Positions 14,101 to 24,995 of a stretch of 64,000 nucleotides of DNA are shown here, piece after piece. A program made the translations under genes and the position numbers. The stretch is from Dimorphilus gyrociliatus (Eukaryota > Animalia > Annelida). Numbering within the stretch: position 1 is the first letter of the stretch; each line of letters opens with the position of its first letter. The notes beneath the pieces are model-generated. The model worked only from the letters and a program-made list of their open reading frames with translations, was not told where the DNA came from and searched no databases. The stretch spans positions 2,046,968 to 2,110,967 of the forward strand of contig CAJFCJ010000009.1 in assembly GCA_904063045.1 (NCBI GenBank), written 5' to 3'.

Positions 14101-17036
14101 ATCGTGTAGACCCATCCAATAAGTTCCACTGGAAAGTTTCAACAACTTAGTAAGTTGATTAAACATATTTGATGTACTTGGAACAACCAAGTATCCTCGT
14201 CCATTTTTCCAGCATGCCGATTTTGCACTGTACCAATCTAAGGAGGTGCTAAAATATTTAACACAGCGTTTTGTACCAGGAATTTTAATTGATCCAGTTG
14301 GACAGTGTTTATACTCATCCGATTGGCCTTGGACAGCTATTTAACGAACAATTATGATATACAAAGTAAAATTATACAATATGACTTACATTTAAAGCAC
14401 TTAATTGATCCAGTTGCAGAATAACAACATCCCAAATTAATACAATGTGCCTGAGAAATTCCACTATAACCACAAAGAACTCTACTAGCTACAGCAGCAT
14501 CACAATTCCTTGAGGATTGTTTCTTACAAACGAATCTGTAAGATTTTGAACAATACATATCTTTCCATTTTTTGTCGCCAATTCTAACGCAAGGACCGCT
14601 GCCGTCTGGTTCAGAAGATTTCCAAGCTTTATATTGAGCTTCTTTACCATTCATCCAGAAATATTTACCACTCTTTTTTTGTAAACCAATCCAATAGTCT
14701 TCGCTTGTTTTCAAGTGTTTCACAACGAAATTCATTTCAGCTTCACTGTAAATATCAGCCAAGTTGGCATCGTATGCTTGGCAAGTACTACTAGCTCTGG
14801 TTTGAGTCTTTTTCTGATTTCCAAAATAATAGCAATGGCCTTCATATGGTATCCAATATTTATCGCATCTTGTTGGTTCTGGTTCGTTCGTTGGTGGAGT
14901 TGTTACATCGCCTAATCTCTTTTTATTTTCGCCATAAATCATATCGTTGTGAGAGTTGAATTGTACTCCTGGTGACCTTTTCGAAATTTTTGACAAATAA
15001 CATTTAAGTCTGTTGTGATCGTAATCGAAGCTTTTACAATCTCTGTTTTCTTCACATTTCGCAAGACAATCGAAATAGGTGTAGAGATTTGAGTAATCCT
15101 TAAAATTATTGTCTTTAAGATATCTGTTGTTAAAAATGTGATAATCCGGATTGTCTTTATCCATTCTTGCCTTATTCACGCCGTGCACATAGCTTGAGCT
15201 TGATGACATTTTATGAGGTAGAGTTTTCTTACTATTCCTTGAGAGTGAACATCTCCTGTTTGACTTTCTGTAATCAAATGATTTGCATGAGGACCATTTA
15301 TCACATTTATCCATACAGGCTTCTTGCGATGAAACATAGTAAGAGTAGTCATCTTTATCGCTCAAGTAGCCAGGAGATAAATCATAATTCGAAGATGGAC
15401 TTGTTGGTTGACCTTGAGGTTTTGTACTTCCAGACCAGAATTGGCAGATATATCTTTTTTTCTCAGAGCACGAGGAATCTTGAAGGACCTTAGATCCACC
15501 ATGGTACCAGGCGCAATTTTCTCTTGTATTCCCGTTTGGTTCACCGCTTTTCCATTTTAAATTTTTAGCGTCATAATTGATTTGTTTTTTATCCCATGTA
15601 AAGGACCATTTTCCTTCAGATTGTTCATCATTAGCGTTAATCCAATATACTGATGTAAAGCTAGATAATAAAAAGATTAATATATAAAAGAAGAGGTAAC
15701 ATATCTATGTAAAAAATGAAATTATTTCATCATTTACTTACTATCCTGGATAGTTTCTGAAAGTTTCATAAGCAGCATCATCCAAAATTGCCAATGTTCC
15801 TTTCTTGTGGTCACACTCCTTAATAGCATCGCTATATTTTTTTGTACTTGTATACATAAGATAGCATCTATCATTTCTGGCATCGGGAATTGCTCCTTTT
15901 GGACAATGGTCATCTAAATTAAAATTCGTTTAGTATAAATATGAAAAAACTACTAGAAAACTTACACTTCCTAAGTTTGTTAATATAATGAGACACTCCA
16001 CTATAGGTCTTCATCAAACTTGGATCAGTATAGGCTGATTTTGTCAGCAGTTTGCATCTAATTTAAATAAATAAGTGAAAAAATCACTAAAATGGTAAAG
16101 AAGATAATTTATTACAAACGTTCTAGTTGAAGGTTGATAGTTAAAGGATTTACAAGTAGAAGAAATAAGGCATTTCATAGCACAATCAGACAAACTAGTC
16201 TTCTGTGTTTGAGTGACAACGTACAAAGCCTTGTTTGTTATTACATCAAAAGATTTTTGAAAATCTAATATGAATTGAATTTGAATATATTAAAATAAGG
16301 TTATTGATGATAATCCATTGACGTTACCGAATCCATAATCGTAAGAATTTAGTCTATATTCGCACAGGAAGTATTTTTTACTTGAACAGCTTTGAGGGGA
16401 AAGTTTATGGTTGAAATTTCCCTCAGCAACGGCACATTGACCTAGGTTATAATTTCCTGGCTGATAGATGAAATGGGATTATTGATGGGAAAAATCTCAA
16501 AGAAATGAGTTCAAATAGCACCTTAGTCTTCCATAGATTTGAATCAGATGTCTTGTATTCCAAATCTCCTGCTGTCCATCTCCAATCACCTTTCAATGAT
16601 AAATCTCTATAACCTACCCAATAGTAGTACATACCTTTACTATTTAAATGGAGAAAGATTATCCGTTTAGATAGGATGAACAATAAATAATTAATCATAT
16701 TTAAAACTTAACGATTTATATTGAGAGTTCAAATATTTGATTGTGGATGAACTGTGGACATTGGCTAAGAATCCATTGTATTTCTTACACTCTTTTACCG
16801 CATCGTCGTAGGATTTTGAAGATTTATAAAATTTATAGCATCTCTTTGCACTCGAATCATAAAAAGAGTTGCTAGGACATTTTGAAAGTTTTTCTGTATG
16901 AGATTAATATTTACAATATACGAATATCTAATAAATCATATTTGTTTGGAGTATATTTACTGAAAGAGTAAGTCTTTAATTCAACAGCAACAAAGAGTTG
17001 CAGGAGAGCAAACGCCAGAAAAATTCTCGAACGCAT
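3106..17036 (-). CDS. Giant secreted mosaic protein: signal peptide, 5 C-type lectin domains with 3 PAN/apple domains and a trefoil domain, 3x (VWD-C8-TIL) with Ca-binding EGF clusters, then 4x (divergent CTLD-Thr-rich linker-EGF); FCGBP/zonadhesin-like
   Basis: ATG at 17036 gives the signal peptide MRSRIFLAFALLQLFVAVELK. CTLD motifs (WIGL/WMGL, WxW, EPN, EPD); PAN motifs (C..KC.....CKSF.Y); trefoil CDAAVASRVLCGYSGISQAHCINLGCCY; three GDPHY-TFD VWD starts; CGLCGN motifs; many D(I/V)(N/D)EC EGF starts. Dozens of short in-phase introns link the ORF-track fragments. The last exon (below ~3290) is uncertain, so the end coordinate is approximate. Confidence 0.85.
8126..8158. repeat. (TA)n microsatellite in an intron of the mosaic gene
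   Basis: Run of ~16 TA units; it explains the IYIYIY artefacts in the ORF track. Confidence 0.9.
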
Positions 17037-18629
17037 AGTTAAGCGTTCTTTCTATCTGAATAAGGGTAATAATAATTTTTAACTAATTAATTAATTAATT
17101 GGTTAATTGATTAATTAATTAGCAAGTTAAGTAGACTATTTACTTACTTGAAGAAAGATGAGAATCAAACTATGAAAGACAATGCAGTAATGAATGTCTT
17201 TTTTGTATCAGCAAAATGATTGATATATATCGGCGCGTAAACACAGCTGGATTGACTGTAAATGCGAGCCTTTTATACTTCGCGATAATAAAGTTCTACT
17301 CAAAGATATTTGACGTTTATTAGTTAATATATTTTTAGTACCTAGCATCTGCTAATAAAATCTGATTGACTTGTTCACCATATGCTTAAGGACTTATGAA
17401 GCACGTGTCACAAAGATGAATGGGCAGATGACAAATCAAAATAAAGTGTATACATCCTTTTTATCCATTTATCAATAGTCATCTATAAGAATGTGACGTT
17501 GTCATCAATCTATTTATACGCTAATATTTTTTTATCATTCCGAAACTGGAATAGTTTCTGTTTTTATTAATGAGTTTAATTCTTAGAAGAGCGCTATTAT
17601 AAATTACAAAGAAGTCGTAAAAAAGCTTTATTAATATGAATATATTAAAGATATAGGCAATAAAAAAAATTAAAATTAAAAGGATTAACTTCAATTCGAT
17701 AGATTCTTTTAATAAACTTCTTTTTTTTCTTTAGTTTAGAGGTCAAGACACTCTTGGTTAATTGACCAACATTCTATAATTTTCTTTTTATCCTTAATCT
17801 TTTCCTTTCTTTTCAAATCTTTTCTTTTTCCATTCCTACTTTTCTATTTTTTTTCTTTGTCTTTGTGATAAGAGAAAGAGACAGAGAGAGAGAGAGAGAT
17901 TAATGAATAATTAAACAATTAATTAGTTTGATAAAAAAAAAACTAGCCAATTATCTTTGTTTTTTAATAATTTATCTAATTGAAAAGTGGAATTTGTAAA
18001 TTATTATTGAATAATAATTCAAAGTAGTTGGATTTAACTTTTAACAGCTTAAATTAAGTGCTTTTTTTTGTCTGATATTTTGTACGATCTAACTTATATT
18101 TGACATTCATAAATTTTCATCATCATAAATATTGCCGTTGTAAATCACTTTAATGACATTCTAGTGACCTATGGTCAGTTAAATGACATCTACGTTTGAC
18201 TCTTAGACTAATTTTTGAAATATCTCTTATTATGTATTAAAAAAGTATATTGAACCAGATTTTTGCCTTTTGATGTTGAATAGTTTGTACCATATGTTTA
18301 CCTCTCCAAAGTCAATCAATCACGCTTGCGCTTTCTCTACGATTTCAATTTTAAAATAAGGGTTCAAAAATCTTAAATATTATTGTATTACGATTGATCA
18401 CCTTCCACCGAATCTGTATTGAAGTTTAAAAAAGGGGTACTACTAAATTTCGTCCATGTGGGAGATAGATAAAAAGAAAGAGACAAAAAAAAGAGACTGC
18501 CAGAAAATATTAAACGAGTAATAACTCTTTCCTGTTATTACTTTCGGTTTAAATTGAAATAATAACCAAGAGACAAGGACACGTGACATATGTCACTTTT
18601 TTCTATTAATAATAAATATAATGTAAATA

Positions 18630-19161
18630 TTATGGTTCCGAAGCTTCAACATCAGTCTCTTCTTTTGTACCATAATCTTTTTTCTTTTTCTCATCAAGTC
18701 CAGTTGTATCTTCAGATTTTTCCTCTTTGCCAATAATCCATTGCAACATTTTCCATGGTAGCTTAGCAATAAAGATAAGAAATTCTGTTATGAGCGTAAG
18801 GCAGGGGGCGCAACAAGGGCAACAGCACTTTACTGAAAAATATTTTTCAACATTTAATGATAAAATCAAAAAAATTCTATAGTTTTTTATGAAAACTGTA
18901 ACGTTGAAAGGTGTAACATACGTTTCATGATAGAATAATGTAAATATAGATAGGGATATACTTTTAAATAAATGAATGTATTACATCCTTTACCTTTGTA
19001 TTGTAATTATTGTATTGTTATATATTATCTTGATACTTACGCGGCGCAGTGACAATCCAAACGACAACGGCAGCAACAGCTAGTACTAGGAATACCGGTA
19101 TCAAAAGAATAACTGCTATACATTTAAGGAAGCAGAGCATGCATTTCGCACATCCTCCCAT
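18630..19161 (-). CDS. 107-aa Cys-rich small membrane protein, 2 exons, unknown family
   Basis: Exon 19161-19041 (donor GTAAGT) plus exon 18832-18630 (acceptor TTTTTCAG), phase 1, total 324 nt: MGGCAKCMLCFLKCIAVILLIPVFLVLAVAAVVVWIVTAPLKCCCPCCAPCLTLITEFLIFIAKLPWKMLQWIIGKEEKSEDTTGLDEKKKKDYGTKEETDVEASEP. Confidence 0.75.
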
Positions 19162-20096
19162 TTTTTCTTTATAGTTCTATTAATTTTTAATGATCTCCTT
19201 ATACATTTATTTCTTCAAAATTCTGTGTTTGTTATACAAAAGATGTACATACAGAATCCTCTTCCTGCAGTTTCTCTATTTTCTTTCTTTTCTATCTTTC
19301 TTCTTTCTTTTGTATATCTCTCTTCTACTGCAAAATTTTTATCCACTTCTTTCGTTTCAGTAAGCGTATATTATTTAAATATACACTCCTTTTACCTCTT
19401 GTGACTTTCACTTATTATACAAACCAAGCAAATGTTGAACGATTTATATTGAAGTACTTTCCATATTTGAAACTATTAAATTAAAGGCTTACATATAACA
19501 ACTAGGTTTACAAAAGCTTTATGCAGCATCTGTTACATGCTATTGTTCGCGTTTTATATAAAAAATTATGGTTTTATATAAGGTCTTATAAATATTATTA
19601 CTGGAGTTGAAATTGTTATTAACTATGTCAATTATTTCCTGTTTATTGATTAAAACTTTCAATGCCAGAAGCGAATTGGAAGAAAATCTATTTTTGCTGC
19701 ATATCTCTAAGACAGAGAGAATGATATTTATCAATGAATTATGATAATGAGGTATGAGTCTTAACTTCAATAAAATTTTGTCCTATCAAAGGTTTATTGA
19801 GAGGAGCGTTAAAGAGATTGAAATATTAAGGATTGCTGATAATCAGATTAAAAATATCATTTTTCTTTATTTTCTATAAAATTGAACTTCTTTTCTATAT
19901 TTCCAACTATATTATTTTGATATTTTATCAACTTTTTACTCTATATTTCACTTTATAAAGTGTAGTATCAGTAATAGAAAAAAGACTTTGAACTTTTTTA
20001 AATTTGCCGCGCAATTTACAAGTGCTTAGCAACGATCGCCGCCATTTTATAACAATAAAGACGATTTTGAATATTCTTGGAAATATTTTTTAGATA

Positions 20097-21268
<1,172 letters not shown>

Positions 21269-21826
21269 ACAATAAAAATGTAGCCAGAAACAAAGAAATA
21301 AATTATTTATAAAGGCCATTTTAGCCTGATTTTTTTTTATTATATACATTACATAGTATAAATTTATATATAAATACATTTGTAATTATTACTTTATATC
21401 TTTCTCATCGTTTTCTCTTCTTTAAATAGCAACAAAATGGCTTATAGAAAAGAAGAGTGGAAAACAGAAAGATAAGAAAAGAACTTCTTTCATTTTTTAA
21501 GACTATTTATTCATCTATAAATAGTATCTTTTCTATTGAATTTCCTCATATATATGTTAATTAGTCATTCAAAATTTTTGTAGAAACTCTATTATGCGAT
21601 TCTCTTAAATTAGTATAATAAGAAAAAGGAAAAGAAACCTAAAGTATATACTACACATACATAATCTAAAAGAACATTACTCTACGTTACGTTAAGCGAA
21701 AATTATACGTAACGTTCGAACTTTGAGAAAGAATAGATTATTTAGCAAGTTGCTTTTTGCTAAACACTTTCTTTAACATAAGAGATTATTACGTACTGTT
21801 TTGTTTGTTTGTTTTTTATTATAACT

Positions 21827-22759
21827 ATGGCTAGACTCGGAAATATTAAAGGCCCTTGGACATCGGAGGAGGATAGTCAAGTTTCATTTCTTGTTCAACA
21901 ATATGGAACTAAAAGTTGGTCGTTGGTAGCTCAATACATTTCTGGAAGAACTGGGAAACAATGTAGAGAACGTTGGCATAATCACCTCGATCCTACAATT
22001 AAAAAAACGGCATGGACTTTTGAGGAAGACAAACGATTGTGCTTACTACATTCAAGGCTTGGTAATAAATGGGCAGAGATAGCTAAGAAGTTGCCTGGAA
22101 GGACCGACAACGCGATCAAGAACCACTGGAATTCAACAATGAAAAAAAAATTCGAAGCTCAAGAGGCCATAATAAGAAGTTTGACGCAGGTTCCGGAATC
22201 CATAAATGAGGACGAAATTGATTGGACTGGCCTACGCCCAGCTGTTGTATTACAAACCAAGCAAACCGTTATGGACGAGAAAAATCCAAAGAAAAATAAT
22301 GACGAAGCTGCGTGCTCCGTTCGCAGGGCTGATTGTAACAATTATCGTTTAAAACTTAAAGTTCCGGAAATAGTTAGACGTAATTGTTCGACAATACTGC
22401 TTCGAATGTCTTCTGATCTGTTCCCATCTATTGATTGGAACCTATCAACACCATTTTATCCAAAGCCCTCCGAAGAAGTCGATACCCAATCGAAAAGCGA
22501 CACCGAAACCCCCTCAGTAGAGAACCTAAGAAATTATATGCAGCAAAAGAGGGCCCGTTTAAGAAGGAAGCGAGTTTTATCATTATCAATTAACGACAAT
22601 TCGGAGAAGAAGCCAAAAAATGACCTAATACCAATTAGTACTGATGAATTAGATGCGCCTCTAGAATGGCCAGAAATTCCCTTACTCGACAACGATCTTT
22701 TATCAGCGTTTGATGAGACAGCCTTAGATACACTTGGCTTGTTAGGGGATAGTAGTTAA
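21827..22759 (+). CDS. Intronless c-Myb-type transcription factor with only the R2 and R3 repeats
   Basis: First ATG at 21827. R2 is KGPWTSEED...[17 protein letters not shown]; R3 is [10 protein letters not shown]...[27 protein letters not shown]. Confidence 0.9.
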   Translation: MARLGNIKGPWTSEEDSQVSFLVQQYGTKSWSLVAQYISGRTGKQCRERWHNHLDPTIKKTAWTFEEDKRLCLLHSRLGNKWAEIAKKLPGRTDNAIKNHWNSTMKKKFEAQEAIIRSLTQVPESINEDEIDWTGLRPAVVLQTKQTVMDEKNPKKNNDEAACSVRRADCNNYRLKLKVPEIVRRNCSTILLRMSSDLFPSIDWNLSTPFYPKPSEEVDTQSKSDTETPSVENLRNYMQQKRARLRRKRVLSLSINDNSEKKPKNDLIPISTDELDAPLEWPEIPLLDNDLLSAFDETALDTLGLLGDSS

Positions 22760-23384
22760 ACAAAGACGCTAAAAATAGCTTGAAAAAATTTTAATCTCAT
22801 TTTTCATAGTGTGATCTAGCTAAAATACCCTTAACAACGTAAGATCGCTACGAATGCTAAGTATTGGAAACGATAAATCAATAATTCCCTTTGCTAATTT
22901 TAACAAATTGAGTCTTACCATATATGAATAAAAATATAACTTTTGTGTAAATTTATCGAAAAAAATTCTTTTTTTTTATTCTATCTATTCTGAAAATCAG
23001 GCTCATAATCTGACCTAACCTTATCACATTAAGTTTAAATATTTTTATTCGTTTATATCTCAACATTCTCAAAGATAGTTTTTAATCTAAGAGCTATCTA
23101 TCTTTTTGATAAACATCAGTAGATCATCGATCATATTAAACGGCCGTTTTTATATATATATTTTTTAAGTAAACCTCTAAAAGCTTTTGGAATGGCACGA
23201 GACATTCAACACAGGAGAAAATATGCATGAAACAACATTCAACCTATTATAATGGTTTATTATTAGTACGCTCCAAAAAAAATAGTGAATATAATCTAAA
23301 ATATCAGATTATTAATTTACTTTTATTTTACTATTAAATATATTCGGCCTTTTCCAAATTTTATCTCCTACCATCCTCGGATTC

Positions 23385-24242
23385 CTAGTCGCCTTCGGCA
23401 CAAGTCCCTCTTACACTACCATGTTTAATCTGATCATCTAGTTCTTTTTTAACTTTTTCCTCTAATTGACGGATGTCATCCATGGTTAAACCGTGCCATT
23501 TGTCCATCCAACAGAACACCTGACGATGGAAATTAGTAAAGATCCTCTCCTCCTGATTTTGGACCATCTTCTCAACACGTGTTTGTAAGCCAAACCACTT
23601 GAAATGTACTCTAACCAATTTGTATGCGCACATGACAGGCATGCCATGATTTTTCATAAGCCTCCACCATTCTGGTCCAACAAGAGGACCTCTCCCAGTT
23701 TTATCAGAGTGAAACTTAAGTGGATCTTCATGAGCTTTATAGTCACTCCTGTTAGGTAGTTGTTGCTGGTGTTTGGATATATCTATGTAGACAATTTGTC
23801 TCTTTGCTAGTTCTTCTTTCGTAAGACCATGAACATTATCTTGCATTCCTTGGTCGTTGTCAATATGCATAGAAGTGATGCTCAATTCAAAATTTTCCTT
23901 CATATAGCCCGGATTCGTCAGGACTGTCTTACAATAAGGATAAGCATTCCATGCCTTCTCAGTAACTTCTAATGAACCCTTAGGTGCAACCATTCTGAGA
24001 AATCTCGGTACTTTTTTCGAAATGTGATAGATTTTTTCAGTGTACTGCCCCTCCGTGAAATTTCCCGGCATTCCCGGAGGTTGAATACCTTTTTCCGATT
24101 TAAATGGTTCATTTATTAAAACTTCAATACCATCACCACCGCCAGTTTCATTTTTACTAGTTTCAGCGACAGAGAAAAGTTGACCAACTTGGTATTCCTC
24201 TGTTGTCATCGGCAGTAACACACGGAACTCATAGATAAGCAT
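23385..24242 (-). CDS. Class I phosphatidylinositol transfer protein (PITP alpha/beta type), intronless
   Basis: EFRVLLPMTTEEYQVGQLFSVAE, ETGGG.GIEVL, GQYT.KIYH, EKAWNAYPYCKT and FHRQVFCWMDKW. Inositol-binding Thr/Lys/Glu/Asn equivalents are present. Confidence 0.95.
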   Translation of the reverse strand: MLIYEFRVLLPMTTEEYQVGQLFSVAETSKNETGGGDGIEVLINEPFKSEKGIQPPGMPGNFTEGQYTEKIYHISKKVPRFLRMVAPKGSLEVTEKAWNAYPYCKTVLTNPGYMKENFELSITSMHIDNDQGMQDNVHGLTKEELAKRQIVYIDISKHQQQLPNRSDYKAHEDPLKFHSDKTGRGPLVGPEWWRLMKNHGMPVMCAYKLVRVHFKWFGLQTRVEKMVQNQEERIFTNFHRQVFCWMDKWHGLTMDDIRQLEEKVKKELDDQIKHGSVRGTCAEGD

Positions 24243-24995
24243 TTTTGATGATCAATAAATTCCACTATATTTACGAAGTAAATGAAGAGCAAGATTTCCT
24301 GCGCTCGTCACCGTTTCTATTAAGTTGCTCGACCTTCAAGATATAGTCTGTTCTAAGATTTACCTAATTTTTCACCAAAATTCGGCGAATATCAGAGGTG
24401 GCTTGTGGAGGCAGCCATGTTGAAAAGAGTAAAAGAACTATATAGAGTAATGAGACATAGAAATCGATAAACATCGAAATCGAAATCACGCAGGATATCG
24501 CATCGAATTCATGTTTGAATATATACCAGTCGATTCGATTTTCTATAGGGCGGAAGGTAGATGAACAAATTCTATACACGTTCATAGTTTGGTTACTTAT
24601 TCCAATTACTAAATATTCTTATAGTTTTCTCTTAGAACCCGTGTCCGAAGTTATTTTAATCTAAAGCTCTCGTTGTTTCGATTGTGGCACTATATGAGTC
24701 ACTGAATAACCTATTAGTTCATAACAAGTTGTTTGTATTTTTCATAAACTTTTATAAAAATAAATTTTAATACATTTGCCGAAAATTTTCGATACTTATA
24801 CCACGGAATTAAAAAAGATTCAGTCTTAGATTTCGACCTACGGGTACCTGCATCAGTTCATACCTTTTGTAAAAATACGATTTAAATAAATGAATTAGTC
24901 ATTTTGATAACGAGCTGACGTTCTCTTCGTTTCTCTGTTCAACAGCATTTTTTTTTAATAAAACGAAAGACTAATAAGTTTTATCAATTATTTTT

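Noticed and set aside
6644-15493. Plus-strand ORFs (e.g. 6644-6928, 11174-11701, 12713-12979, 15167-15493) inside the mosaic gene
   Set aside because: Antisense shadows of Cys-rich coding exons; the minus-strand frames carry clear domains.
17083-17122. 18-bp-stem hairpin of TAAT repeats in the 5' UTR intron of the mosaic gene
   Set aside because: (TAAT)n/(TTAA)n runs are inherently self-complementary; no independent sign of function.
19230-19360. Lys/Glu-rich minus-strand frame (ETKEVDKNF...KKIEKLQEEDS) upstream of the small Cys-rich gene
   Set aside because: It could not be joined in phase to a start codon or to the downstream exon; purine-rich tracts give such translations. Left unannotated.
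21437-21475. Short ORF MAYRKEEWKTER as a possible Myb R1 exon
   Set aside because: It ends in a stop, has no donor and is far too short for a Myb repeat.
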